Shown here: positions 50,530 through 63,460 of the stretch, one piece after another
How positions within the stretch are numbered: position 1 is the stretch's first letter
Layout of the letters: every line of letters starts with the position of its first letter
Assembly (NCBI GenBank): GCA_034780895.1
Contig: JAUZTB010000017.1
Span: forward strand, 23,508,972-23,572,971
DNA from: Rhynchobatus australiae
Lineage: Eukaryota
Direction: 5' to 3'
DNA length: 64,000 nucleotides
Notes under the pieces: generated by a model
What the model was told of the DNA's origin: nothing
Database searches by the model: none
What the model saw: only the letters and a program-made list of their open reading frames with translations
Program-made: the position numbers and the translations under genes

Positions 50530-50830
50530 AATATTTGATTGATAGCTTTATTGAAGACTTCTCATCACTTTACTGATGATTGGGAGAAGGGTTAATGTGA
50601 CAGTGATTGGTTAGTTTAGATTTATGCTGCCATTTGTGGATAGGGCATGCCAAAGCAATTTTTCACAGAGCTGAGTAGACGTACATGTCATCATTACAAT
50701 GGATTAACTTGGCTAGAGGGCAATTACTTCTGAGCGCAGCTCTTGAGGACTGTAGATGAGATATTGTTAACTCCTGCAGCTTTGCTGTGTATTCCACCAG
50801 CTCATCAGCCTCATAGCACCACTGAGTAGT
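50530..50830 (-). mobile_element. Old CR1-group RT fragment
   Basis: Reverse strand KIALACPIHKWQHKSKLTNHCHINLLPIISKVM resembles WKIAxVCPVHKK..NYRPISLLSIISKVME. Confidence 0.65.
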
Positions 50831-50974
50831 CATGTGAGACCAGCTTGTAAACAGTGGAGTTAAACATGAACCTGAATGCATCCAATTTGTATCAGGCAGA
50901 CAGCACTGCAGTTGTCAGGCAACAGTCTGAGCATTGTATACAGAAAAGGTGTGATTTCATTGGAGAAGTTACAG

Positions 50975-51375
50975 AGGTTGTTTCTTTGAAAAAAGCTCAG
51001 GGAGATTTAATTGAGGTGTATAAAATTACAAGGGGTATAAATCGAGCAGGGCCTATTTCCCCTAGCAGGAGGGAGAAAAAACAGTGGGCAGAGAATTGAA
51101 CTGATTGATAGGAGGATTAGACAGGACATGAGGAAAGATATTTACGCACATTGACTGGCAAAGATTTGGAATTCACTACCTGAAATGATGGTATAGGCAG
51201 AAACTTTTACTGCACTTAAAAAGTGCCTGGATGTGTATGTGAACAGCTGTGACTGACAGAGTGCAGGGTCAAGTGCTGGAAAATGGGAGTAGGTTGGTAG
51301 TTTTTGTTTGACTGGCACAGATACGATAGACCAAATGGCCTTCTTCTGTGTGTAAATTTTTTTCTATGATTCTGT
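50975..51375 (+). mobile_element. CR1/HER1 3' fragment
   Basis: SLKKAQGDLIEVYKITRGINR..WNSLPE; tail TTCTATGATTCTGTGA. Confidence 0.8.
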
Positions 51376-53386
51376 GATACTACAACATACAATAAATCTT
51401 CCGACCTCATCTTTGTTACCTTTTCTTCAACCAGACTTGCAACAAAAATGAAGTGCAGCAAAGATTAAATGCAACCTAATGATACTATGTGTGGTGTATG
51501 TTTCACCACAAGGTATTTTCAAGACACATAGGATTGAAGTTGGCACAATGCCACTTGACAGCTACAACCTTGTAGGGGTGCAGAGTGTACCCAGAGACAC
51601 TGAATGCGATTGACATTGGTCTGCACTTTGATAGGTGGCCTGAAGTTTTATTCCAACAGAAAAAGAGGGCAATATCATATGTTTAGGGTTTTAACATCAC
51701 AACTTTTAATCCACCTATAATGCAGACTTTATAAATACCTTGTTTCTAATTTTGATGTCAGTGGCCACCTACACCTTCAAAGACAAAGCACTGTTAATGA
51801 CTGTAACAAATGCAAGTGGATTTGTTCTAATGAATAATCTTAGTTCTATTTATTTAAAGATGTTTATGTGATCAGCTAAATGCCTAAGAAGCAAATTAGC
51901 TACGAAAACTTAGTTTTCACGAGCATTTCAGTGCCATTTCTTGGTTACCTCATGTTTATTTCCCGATGTGTTTTTTTCCATATCCTCTATCTCAGAAGTG
52001 TAATATAGGTTCAATAGACAAATTAGATTNNNNNNNNNNNNNNNNNNNNNNNNNNNNNNNNNNNNNNNNNNNNNNNNNNNNNNNNNNNNNNNNNNNNNNN
52101 NNNNNNNNNNNNNNNNNNNNNNNNNNNNNGATTCTCTGCATCGAAACTGGAGTTGTTTGAATAGGCCAACTGTTAAATAGAATTGCAATTGAATGAGTTG
52201 AAATGAGGACCATCAGGTTTCATGAAGCAGTGCCCCTCTAAAGTCTTAGTGGGCCAGAACTTGGTGCTGGTGATGCACTTGCACTGGCACACAGAGAAAG
52301 AACAGACATTCCTTTTGCTGATCCCCTGATGCTGACTAGCACATAAGTAAATGGCAAGGTCCCAAGCATTGTCAGAGCCTTGCAGAGTACAAGAGCTGGC
52401 CAAAACATTCCCTGCTCAGGAGACAGCTGAAAAGGTTTTGAGAGTCAGCAAATTCACCTCCATAGCCTTGCCAGCTGTGAAAGCTGTCAAGGAATCAAAT
52501 GCTTCTGAATATCCTGAACATTTAGAAGCATTAAAATAACTGTTAAAAATCAATTTAAAAATTACAAAAATATTAAAATTATCAATCTTTTTAAAAGTTA
52601 AATCACTTAAAATATTAAAGTAATCATTATTAACTCTAGAACTCTAACTTACTTTCTACCTAACCTTATTCCCCTCCATTCAAATAAAAGGGCTCACTGT
52701 TCACCAGGTCTAACCAGGCATAAATTCAGAAGGCTAATTCCCCATTAGAACAGCTGGGCAGTTCAACAAGTCCATGTTCTGCTGCTGGGCTCCTTGTGGA
52801 GTCCGGCATTGGAACACAGTCAATAGATTGCTGGGAGGCCTGAACTAGACATGTGTTGAGGGATAAATGCTAGCAGTTCGGCAAAGAACATTTCTCTACA
52901 AGATCCGGCTGTTACGTTATTTTTGTCATTATTCTTTACTTCCAATAAGTTCAGCTCATTAAGTTTACCTAATGTGAAGCTGGTCTGCTTTGGCCCAGAA
53001 AGTCCCAGAAAGTCCCAGATCCAGCTGATGCTGAGTGGGTAGTGTTTTTTTCCACTAAGTCAGAAGGTTCCAGCTTCAAATCTTTTTCAGATCTAAGTTC
53101 TCCACCACTATTCTGATAGTCTGACTGTCCATCCCAGCTGTAAAGCCTGCACTGTGCTGGGTTCATTAGTGTTTGCAGGAAGTCATGGCAGCCTTGAATG
53201 CACCCACTCCCAAAAATGGTTCATTGTATTCTTCACAATTTGACTTCCTGATTTGGGACTTAGTTACAAAGACCAAGAAAGCCCTGACATTTGAATGTAT
53301 TGAATTCCATGTTAAAATTTTCTTAAATTGATAAAAATGAACCATATAACCATAGTCTGATTGATGATCTATTTCCTGCTATTCAG

Positions 53387-53434
53387 CTGAATGAAGCAGG
53401 GAACCCAAAAATGGAAACTGAAATAGACAAACAG
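53387..53434 (+). CDS. Candidate 48-nt exon, LNEAGNPKMETEIDKQ (possible start ATG at 53411)
   Basis: Acceptor TTTCCTGCTATTCAG, donor CAG|GTAAAA, purine-rich, Kozak AAAATGG, unique sequence; protein not recognised. Confidence 0.5.
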
Positions 53435-54498
53435 GTAAAATTATGCAGTCCTCAAATCTGGGAAAAAGTCTGTAACGAAGTGCTTATTGAACTTTTACTT
53501 TTCAAAACAATGCATGTTATAAATTGATCGAACTAATATCTGGTTCTGTTGTAAAAGAACATAATGATGGAGAGAGTCGTTGGTTATTATGTTAATTATG
53601 AAGACTATATCTGGATACTTCTGTTGTTTATTTTTATGATAATTGTGTGGTTTGAAATGTTAAATGTGCTGACTTAGAAGTTGGATTGTGTTTAACTTAA
53701 GGCTCACTCTGTGCAAACCTAAGTAGCAACACGACTGCAATTTTTGCATGGCCTGATTAATATAGTATCAGAGTGTTGTAGGCACCAGTGGCAGGAAGCT
53801 GGACTCTAGCAACATCGAAGAATCTTGTGTAGATGGTTCACCAAGAGTGGGTCAATCTTTAAAAATTATATTAGGCTGCCATCCTTTATCAGTTGTTCTG
53901 TTTTAAGCAGAGGTGCTCAGGTTCCCCAGGTATAGTAGCCATCTTTTCAAAATAGTTAACAGAACACATATCATTAACAAATATATAAGGTAGTGGCTGA
54001 GTCAGTACTTATGGGCGAGGCTGATCGTGCCCATGATGGTTTTGAGGCACAGGAGACTTTTTTGAGCCTCAGGATCTTGCTGCAAGTAATTGAGCTGGCT
54101 CTGGACTCCAAGTTCTGGGTCTGATGAGTGCTTAAGATTGCAAATAGAAGTTTTCTTTCTGCAAGCTCTACTGCTGATGATATTTCACGGTGGCAAGGAT
54201 GGAGCAGTGTTCACACTGCACTTGGGCTGCTGACGAGCAGTCAGATTGCAGGGAAGTTTCTGCCAGAACTGCCTACTCCAAGTGATCTGCCTGGCATATA
54301 GCACATACTCAAAGGAGGAGTGTAAACTCTGGCTGAGGTGCAATGGGAGGCGGATCCTGTAACTGATCCTGCTGCTGCCTCATTTCCCCTCATTCCCCTG
54401 AGCCTCCACTTCCACCTCACAGTGGCCTCAGGCCCATTACTTGCCCTGGTGCAGCATCCAGCCCTCCTCTTCCTACTCCTCCTGCTACTGCTACTTGA

Positions 54499-54647
54499 AG
54501 GCACAAGAAATTCTGCAGATGCTGGAATATGGAGCAGTACACAAAAAGTGCTGGAGGAACTCAGCAGGTCAGGCAGCATTCATGGAGGGAAATAAACAGT
54601 TGATGTTTCGGGAAGGGTCTCTGCCCAAAAGTTTTTTGTGTATTGTT
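54499..54647. mobile_element. PLE-derived fold-back mini-element, right arm deleted
   Basis: Antisense repeat joined within the ribozyme stem II to AAGGGTCTCTGCCCAAAA..TTTTTTGTGTATTG; probable TSD TACTGCTACT. Confidence 0.7.
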
Positions 54648-55807
54648 ACTGCTACTGCTGCTTATGCTCCTGCTGCTCTAGCCTCTAGATCCCTGTTCCT
54701 ATCACTCCCTCACTGTGGTCTCCTTTCCCACTGCTGCCACCTGAACTATACCCTCTACTTCCTCCCTATTGCCACTGCAACTATTTAATTTCTTGGTGAT
54801 AAAGTGGGTGTGACTTATTCCCTTATAACTGCCAATCAGAGTTAACCTCAGCGGATAACAGATTTGTTGATTGGCTATGAGAAGGGTAGTGCAGGTTTGA
54901 AGACAGCCTGAAGACTCCTGGCAGTTTGGGGTCAGAGGGAACCACTGCCTGGCTTAGAGGGAAGTATCTGTCGGGGCTCAAGAACTGCAGGGGTGATATT
55001 ATCCAGCTGGCATCCAGTGCATGACAAGGATTGGATCCTTGACAGCCAGGTTTGCCCTGACCACATAGGGACAGGTTGCTATTCCTGGGCTTCAGGAAAC
55101 ACAGCAGCTGAAAGCAGGCATGAAATGATGGATTCAGGAGGTACGTCGCATCACAGGCTTGTATCTGGGAAGGAGCAGAATCCAGAAGGCTTGTTGACAG
55201 CCAGTTGTAGGCTCAGGGAATGTTGGGGGAAGATAGCCAATGAAGTACTTTTAAAGTATGGTTACCATCATAATGTAAAGAAACATGGGTGCTAATGTGC
55301 AGACAAACATCAGTGTGTGATAATGCCTGGAGGTGAGTTCCAGGGAGGGAAGCCTGGAGTAAAGGGCTTCGGGAATGTAAAGCTGAATTTAACTGCATGA
55401 CTCCATCAAATAGGGTTCAAGTTCGACGGCAGCCTGACTAAAAGGCAAAGAGTTTGTTGCGCTGCTCAACTGCTTCAAACAGAGAGCAAATACAGTTCCT
55501 GTCATGTGCACTGCTAAGATGCTTTTAGGCTAAATGACCTCTGTGGTCAGTCAAAACACAATCCATTAAAAATGTAGTAAAGGTTTGTAGAATATCAGTT
55601 CACAGTGCTTTATTGCTAATTTATTTTTGGGAAAACTGATGCAACAGTTATTGAGTTATTTTGTCTTTCTAACTAGACATCATAGATCACTTTTAAAAAA
55701 AAAGATTAGTGTCCCTTTAAGGAAACTTCGGTGAATTATTTGCATCACAGTGAGTTTGTGATTAAATCACATGACTAAGAGGAAGCCACCAGGAAGTTTA
55801 TTTTAAG

Positions 55808-55856
55808 AAGGATGTAGTGACAAAAGTGGAGTATCATGAAACAACTGTGGATAAAG
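55808..55856 (+). CDS. Candidate small exon (KDVVTKVEYHETTVDK, or an alternative first exon encoding MKQLWIK)
   Basis: Donor AAG|GTAAAT at 55854-55862; modest acceptor TTTATTTTAAG; purine-rich and open in two frames. Confidence 0.3.
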
Positions 55857-56218
55857 GTAAATTAGAATTGCTTGCTTTGCAATTTATCATGTTTTATTAA
55901 AATTCTACTGCAGTATACTTTGAGGTGCAGGCAGGATTTCTCACAGAAAGTTGCTGCTGGCATTACTCTACAGTCAAGAGACTGATTAAGCTATAAACTG
56001 TTTACCACAGCTTCTTCATCACACGAGTTTTTCCCAGTTGATGTCATCTGGTACAGCTACTGTCTACCATTGATTTCTTGCCAGATGTGTGTACTCCCTG
56101 CAAGGACTGAACACAAGTGGCGTTACTTCATGTGTTACTGCAGGGTGCTGCAATGTTCTGATCGGCACAATGCTTGGAAAACCAAGGTCATATAAGGAAA
56201 CATAGTCTCTGTATTTGG

Positions 56219-56451
56219 TTATAATCACTATAGTTTAGCAACACTATGACCACTTTGCACTAAAATTGACTTTTTTTTTGTTCTAATTGTGTTCTTGTAA
56301 AAATTGTATATAATTCATGTTTAATTTATGTTTTTCTTGTAAATGCTGCTTATCTGATGCTATGTGCCTGTGATCCTGTTGCAAGTAAGTTTTCATTGCA
56401 CCAGTGCACATGTGTACTTATGCATATGGCAATAAACTTGACTTTGACTTT
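56219..56451 (+). mobile_element. Rex1/Babar-like 3' UTR with (CTTTGA) tail
   Basis: GCAAGTAAGTTTTCATTGCACC..GGCAATAAACTTGACTTTGACTTT. Confidence 0.65.
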
Positions 56452-57928
56452 AATGCCATGCTGTTTTCACTGGACTGATGAATGTCAGCTCTGTATGTGT
56501 GGGTGAGGGCAAGTTCACTGGTATGGCCACCTGTCAGCCTTGGACAGCTCACCAGGAAATGTTTCTGATTTTGAAAGATTCAGGCACAGTGTGTTACTAG
56601 ATTTCTACAATTGCTGGTATTTTGAATGATCTGTGATTTAGTTTCAGCGTGTGGGGATGTGGCATAAAACAAAGATACTGTACTAGTTGACATAGTTTAT
56701 TGTGGAAATGGAATGCACTTGTTGGCTCTCACAATCTCTAGCACCAAAACTACAATTCTTCGCTTCCTTGTTTCCTCAGCCATGATGTGTCTGAAAGCTG
56801 GAATATTTTGCTGGGGCCAAAAGGACTCTTTTATTTACTGTCTCACTCATTAAACCTTGCTTTTCCTTGCTGTCATCTTGCAATTATTTAGTCCTTCATT
56901 CTGTTTTCTCTGCCTAATCTCTCCAGCACCTCAAAGTGTGAACAGGGGTCCTTCTGTTCTGGAGCAAGTAAGATTGACATGTCTTATTTACTTAGCACCA
57001 GTGAGGTGGAGGAGAAAACCAAGGTACTTCAGAGAGACCTAGTCAAATGATAGACACCAAATCAAAGACGGAGTTGTCGCTAGAAATTGGCTCACGCCAG
57101 TCTGTGCCTGTAAAACCGTGCCTAGGGAAAGATTCCTGTGCTGCATTAAGTGGGCACAAAACCCTTCCATATCTATAACTTGCAGCCATTGCTGATAGTC
57201 ATCATGGATCCCAGAGGCAGACAAGTAATGTGCAAGGGGAGCATGATCAGGAAGAGGCAATGTTCTTAGNNNNNNNNNNNNNNNNNNNNNNNNNNNNNGG
57301 CTCAGTGTTATTTAAAGAGCTTGCCACCTTCTGCACTCTCCAGTCCCCTTTTGTTTGTGAATAGTTCATGTTCAGGACAGGGCAGTTCGATCTGCATTGG
57401 GTTTCCTATTCGTCTACTTTTAGAGGCCTAATGCCCATATCCAGCACATCTGTTTCCCTTCCTTTATCATTGTAGCAAATAGCATATCACATCTGTGGCA
57501 TGCATTGAGGGCATGCTGTGTCTGCCATGTTAGGCGCTTCGACGCCACTTTGCACTGCACAATGGGCGTTACCATCAAACTAAAGTGAGGAAAGCTAGCA
57601 ACAAAAATGAATGATGGTGATATTAAAATCACTTGCTGCTCAGTTCAAACTAAAATTAGAAAATACTTTACAAAACAATTCCCAGTAGTGAATGCACCCA
57701 ACCTGAATGAACTTGATGTATGGAAGAGATATAATCTTTTGTACTGCACTAGTGACTTAATCATTCACAAACTATTCATAAAATTCCAGAAGAAAATTGT
57801 ATGTTTAATTATATAAATTTAAAAAGAAATAATTTTCAGTTTGCAGTTTCATGGAGTATTCATATGGCCCCTGTCTTATGAATCCTTCAAATACAAATAA
57901 TTGGTTTAATCTGAAGGAAAGACGAAAT

Positions 57929-58055
57929 GGAGACCCAAGAAACTGCAGATGCTGGAATCTGGAACAAAACACAATACCTGAGAAACTCAGCAGGTCAGGC
58001 AGCATCCTAATGATGATCCCTGACCTGCTGAGTTCCTCCAGCATTTTGTGTGTTG
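57929..58055. mobile_element. PLE-derived fold-back mini-element with 13-18 bp TSD
   Basis: CTGAAGGAAAGAC at 57911-57923 and 58056-58068; arms AACTCAGCAGGTCAGG and CCTGACCTGCTGAGTT. Confidence 0.85.
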
Positions 58056-58904
58056 CTGAAGGAAAGACAAGATTGTTTTTATCTCCAGGGCTTGCTGTTG
58101 TCCCAGTTTAAAAACATGAACTCAGCTGCTTAACCTCATGCTTGGCCGGCCTAATCCACAGCCACATTTGGAACTGTGACAAGATATTATTTCACTTTTT
58201 AGTTAAAGTTGTTATTTTTATTGTTAACGAGAGTTTGGCTAGAGCAGCAAATTCCTGCTGTTAATTGGAGTTTGGCACTATCAGGTGNNNNNNNNNNNNN
58301 NNNNNNNNNNNNNNNNNNNNNNNNNNNNNNNNNNNNNNNNNNNNNNNNNNNNNNNNNNNNNNNNNNNNNNNNNNNNNNNNNNNNNNNNNNNNNNNNNNNN
58401 NNNNNNNNNNNNNNNNNNNNNNNNNNNNNNNNNNNNNNNNNNNNNNNNNNNNNNNNNNNNNNNNNNNNNNNNNNNNNNNNNNNNNNNNNNNNNNNNNNNN
58501 NNNNNNNTGTGTTTCTCCTGAATGACAAGCAATAATGCAATCATACTTAGCATGATTTACGAGGTGTAACAATCCTTGTGCAAGAGACTTTTTAATCAGT
58601 TGTTGTCATAAACTCATTAGTATTTGGGGCTACTCATTGTGAGCATTTACAATATATAAGGGAGACATTAATTGTTGGTTACTTGTGTTGTGTGGGTGTG
58701 AGAATATTGGCTTTGGATATACTCCCCTCCAAGCCTTTAGATCCATTGACCCCAATGGATATGAATGCATGGATTAGCACAACCAATTGGCAATATACTC
58801 TTGCAAGCATTAATCACTGGTGACTACAGACACATCCCCACAAGGTTTCATTAACTTTAAGAGAAAATGAAGATAAGTAATTGATGCTTTTCCATTAATT
58901 TGTT

Positions 58905-60340
58905 GTATGTGGGTGGTGCCACTAACTTGGCTAGAATTTATTATCCACCCATAATTGTGCTTGAGAAGTAATTATGAGCAATGTATATGAGCCACCACAG
59001 CTTTTGTTTTCCTCACAATACTGTTGGATAAGGAGTTCCAGGATTTTTACCCCATAATGAAGAAAGATTGGCAAGCTCCCACCAGTAACTGTACTGGAAC
59101 AGCTTGGTTGGGGAGGCAGCTAGTTTGAGAACATGACAGTTGGGTTGTCATCAGCTCCGTGGTATGCAGTGCACTGAACTATTCCTTGATAGCATGTATG
59201 GTGAATTGTATTGGCTGGAATTTAGGTTCTGTAATGGGGGGTGGTGGGGGGGCAGATGTCAGGAGAAGACTTGAGATGGAACACCCGCTGAGCACTGCGC
59301 CTGAAAATTGTTGTAAATGCTTCCCTTGTGTCCTCCAAACTGGGCTCTATCATCATCATTGATAACGTTGTTCATGAAACTGCCTCCTCTTGATGGGTAT
59401 TTAATTGTTCACCATAATGGACCGTGATATCAGAGGTTTGATTTGACTTGTTGAGTGTTTAGCTCTGTGTTTAGCACGTTGGTTCTGATATTAGCATGTA
59501 CTGCAGCCAATGGACTACTTGGTGCCACTCCTGGGATTCTCCTCTTCACTCTTCGTTAAAGCAGGTTAGATCCTGGAAGAGGTTTAGAGGTTACAGATTG
59601 TGAAATGCAGACTTTGCAGCTGCTCCTGATATGCCATAGCGCCACCTTGATGTATAGTTAATAGCTGCTCAATCTATTCCATCTTGCACAGTGCTAATGG
59701 CATGGAGAATGATAGAAGGAATCCTCAATGTGGAGGTGAGATTTCCACAGAGACTCTGTGGTGATTCCTCCTACCAATTCTATGTAGGATAGATACAGCG
59801 CAGAAATCGGCCCTTTAACCCAGCCTGTGCCAACCATAAATCACCCATTAACACTCATCCTGTTTTATTCCCCTGGATTCTGCCATTACCTACATACTTG
59901 GGATCAATTTACAGTGACCAATTAATCTACCAACCTGCAAGTCTTTGGAACATGGAGGAGTAGAGATTCATCAGGTACAGGATGGTAATACTTGGTAGTC
60001 AGCAGGAAGTTTCCCTGCCCGCTGATGCCATGAGATTGACTGCTCGCTATTGTCAATGGAACAGGTCTGGGATTGTGGTGGAGAGAGCTGGGGTGTTGGC
60101 TGTCTGATTCCATGAGGGTGAGAATCCCAGTCTGCTTTTGACTAACCTGTGGGATATCTGTCCCAATTTTGATGTCTCCCATATGTTCAAGAGCAGGATC
60201 AGCAAGTTAGGGTATAACTTTGTTAAATCTTGTAGCTGCTCCAATTGATTTTGTTTTTGTTGCTGTCTTTTTTGTTGCAAATCAAAACAACTGAATGGTT
60301 TGCTGAACCATTTCTGAGGCAGCTAAGAGTTCACCATATT
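58905..60340 (-). mobile_element. Highly deleted old CR1-group LINE with a SINE fragment at about 59790-59960
   Basis: Terminal blocks GGCTAGAATTTATTATCCACCCATAATTGTGCTTGAGAAG and ACAACTGAATGGTTTGCTGAACCATTTCTGAGGCAGCTAAGAG; the latter shared with about 48415-48465. Confidence 0.55.
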
Positions 60341-60892
60341 CTGAATCTGATTTTATTAAGGTAAATGTTCCCAATTTTCATTGAATGTTATGACTACATT
60401 AACATTTTTAACACAGAAAATAATGGTGAAATACCATTTCTAACCAATGTTTACCAACAGTCTAGTAGTTTTATAGCCATCATTGTGGATGGTGGATGAC
60501 ATGGAAAAAAAGTGGGAAAGTGGAGGGGTTAAAAAAAGCAGGAGAATGGGATTGATGGGTTGCTGTGAGAGCCAGCAACAGATTAATGGGCCAAATGGCC
60601 TCCTATCTCATAAAGGAATGTTTTTTAGTTCAAATTTTTATACATGACTGTTTAATTTTAACTTCCCCAGCTGCCATGATAGTTCATGGATGCATGGCTC
60701 ATTGGTCCAACAACAATTAATGAGCTACCAGACTGATGTAATTTAAGTAGTGAATCCATCTCTGTGTAACAGACTGCCATCCTCGTGAAGCTATAGTCAT
60801 TGGTAATTTTTTCTCCATGTCTAACCCTGAAGAAATTGGTAGTAAATGTTTCCAAGCCCTGAACTGCACTGGCACAAGATGGGTAGTATAGT

Positions 60893-61090
60893 AATACACA
60901 AAAAGTGCTTAAGGAACTCAGCAGGTCAGGCAGCATCTATGGAGGGAAATAAACAGCCCTGAAGAAGGGTCTCGGCCTGAAACATTGACTATTTATCTCC
61001 CTCTATTGATGCTCCCTATCCTGCTGAGATCCTCCAGCACTTTTTTGTGTATTGTTCCAGATTCCAGCGTCTGCAGAATTTTTTGTGTCT
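60893..61090. mobile_element. PLE-derived fold-back mini-element with hammerhead at the apex
   Basis: About 65-bp inverted arms 60893-60958 and 60987-61053. Confidence 0.85.
60954..60991 (+). ncRNA. Hammerhead ribozyme motif closed by an extended stem I
   Basis: CAGCC CTGAAGA AGGGTCTCGGCCT GAAA CA TT GACTA. Confidence 0.6.
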
Positions 61091-61859
61091 GTCATGAGCA
61101 ATTGCGTAGTGTCAGGAGCAATTTCTCATATAACAATGTATCGAGAGAAGCCATTCAATCCATCAACTCAATTAATTCAGATACTTAGCTTTACTTCTGC
61201 AATCACTGTGCTAGAGTTGGCGTTTGCTATGGCAATGAACTGGGTAATTCTGGATTAAACAAATCATGCGAAGATGCCAGTTATCTAATGTCATTTAAAC
61301 ACCCTTAATATTCATCATCCAAATAACAATATTTACATCAATTCATTCAAAGAATGATTCTTTGCTCATTTGAAAATCTTAATATTTAATCCAGCTGTTA
61401 TTGTTTAAATTGTGCCAGTTTAAAGGCCTCAGTCTTTTAAATATTTAGTANNNNNNNNNNNNNNNNNNNNNNNNNNNNNNNNNNNNNNNNNNNNNNNNNN
61501 NNNNNNNNNNNNNNNNNNNNNNNNNNNNNNNNNNNNNNNNNNNNNNNNNNNNNNNNNNNNNNNNNNNNNNNNNNNNNNNNNNNNNNNNNNNNNNNNNNNN
61601 NNNNNNNNNNNNNNNNNNNNNNNNNNNNNNNNNNNNNNNNNNNNNNNNNNNNNNNNNNNNNNNNNNNNNNNNNNNNNNNNNNNNNNNNNNNNNNNNNNNN
61701 NNNNNNNNNNNNNNNNNNNNNTTCTCTTCAATTAAAATGCAGAAACAATAACCAAAAACAGTGGTCAACTTGAAAGTTCATTTTGTGGGATATATGGAAC
61801 ATTCCTTGCTTCATTTCTACTCAGGACCCTTCCCTCAACTGTTTCTCCAGAACGTTGAC

Positions 61860-63030
61860 AACTAGATTGGTGCTGCTTCCTATATTCATACAGAACTCAA
61901 ATTTCATTACCTCTGCTGCCAATGTCCATCGTGCTCTCAATTTGATATGATCCATCTCTTTCTGAATTTCTCCATCTCCATCTCAGTAGATGGGTTAATC
62001 ATCAACACCCATTACAAGCCCACAGACTACCACAAACAGCTTGACAATACCTCCTCCCAGTCTGCTTCCTGTAAGGATTCTGTTCCCCCAATTCTTCCAT
62101 CTTTGCCATAACTGCACTGATGACAAGACCTTCCACACCAGTACCTCTGGGATGTCTTCCTTTCCCCTTAACCATGATTTCTGTTCTACTATAGTTGACA
62201 GAGCCCTTGACAGTATCTCACTTATTTCCTCCATCTGCTCTTGTCCCTTCTCCTCCAGTTAGAGCAAGGATAGGGTTCCTCTGATCCTAGCCATTGCAGT
62301 CTACCAGCCTTCACATCCACCTGTTTAAAGCCGTGGAACTTATGGAGGCTAATGGGATTCTACCACAAGGCAGATCTTCCCTTCCTTATTCTTTTCAGGA
62401 CTTTGAAGGAACCATTTCCTTCACCACTCTCTGCTGTTCTTCTATCTTGACCAATCACTCACCTTGTCACAGAATTTACTGTGCAATCTTGCTCTTTTAC
62501 CTTGTCCCTTCCCATTGGCCAGAGACATAACCACTTCTTCCAAGTGACACAACAATACACTTGCACTTCTTCCAATCAAGAATTCAAACATTTCACATAG
62601 CATGCTTTTTTCTGTTTGCATGAGAACTGACCAGTACTGATGCAAAGTTAACAATCTGAAATATTAACTGAGTCTTTCTCTCTTCACAGACACTACCTGA
62701 TATGTTGGGTACTTACAGTACTGTCCTTTTGGTATCAGGTTCAGCCACAGCTCTGGCCTGCATTTCACTGCTTAAACATGCCTCTGTTTTTTCCCTCTCT
62801 AAGTGCCCTCATCATTCTTCTTTTATGTAAATATTGGATCACATTGGCAGCCCAGGCCTTGCCCTGTCAGAGGTTTTCTCTTTTCCATCTCTCCAGTAGC
62901 CTTCCTGCAACTTAAAACTGTTCACTCACTTCCCCTGTTCTGATGAAGGGTCTTCAACCTGAAATGTTAACCTTGTTTCTCTTTCTACAATTCAGCTTGA
63001 CTTCCTGTGTATTTCCAGGATTCTTTGTTT
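61860..63030 (+). mobile_element. Degraded PLE: RT C-terminus to terminal repeats, hammerhead-like motif at 62935-62972
   Basis: HYKPTDYHKQLDNTSSQSASCKDSVP..CTDDKTFHTSTSGMSSF; GTTCTGATGAAGGGTCTTCAACCTGAAATGTTAAC. Confidence 0.75.
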
Positions 63031-63095
63031 ATTTGCAATAACCAACTTTTTTGATAGGTAAGCTACTGTCTTATTATCTCAGTTTCCTTTTATAG

Positions 63096-63140
63096 ATTAC
63101 AGAACCAGAACAAAATCAGATCTCAACACAGTCTCTAAAG
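63096..63140 (+). CDS. Candidate 45-nt symmetric exon (ITEPEQNQISTQSLK in phase 0, or (D)YRTRTKSDLNTVSK in phase 1)
   Basis: Acceptor TTTCCTTTTATAG, donor AAG|GTGAAG; unique sequence between repeats. Confidence 0.4.
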
Positions 63141-63204
63141 GTGAAGAGTTTAAAAAAAAATGCAAGAAATCTGAATTTAAAAACAGANNNNNNNNNNGAG
63201 CTAC

Positions 63205-63460
63205 CTTGTCAGGTCAATATGAGGGGCAAATCTTTCACAAAGAGGGTGGTTGTTATATGGAACGAGCTGCCAGAGAAGGTGGTAGAGGTAGATAAAATTA
63301 CACTGTTTAAAAGGTACTTGGATAGGAAAGGAGGAGGCGCATATGGGTCTAATGCAAGCAAGTGGAATCAGCATAGTTAGACATCATGGTCTACATGAAT
63401 GCCAAAGTGCTCATTTCTGTGCTGTGCAGCTCTGACTTTATGACTTTATGACTATGACTC
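63205..63460 (+). mobile_element. CR1/HER1 3' end
   Basis: MRGKSFTKRVVVIWNELPEKVVEVDKITLFKRYLDR; tail (TATGACT)n. Confidence 0.85.

Noticed and set aside
53411-53434. METEIDKQ resembling the IKZF2/Ikaros N-terminus
   Set aside because: Similarity limited to METE; exon length and phase and the following peptides do not fit
13476-63095. Apparent bias: sense-strand intronic hammerheads are decayed while an antisense copy is intact
   Set aside because: Too few copies, and CpG decay of the ACGT palindrome explains it without selection
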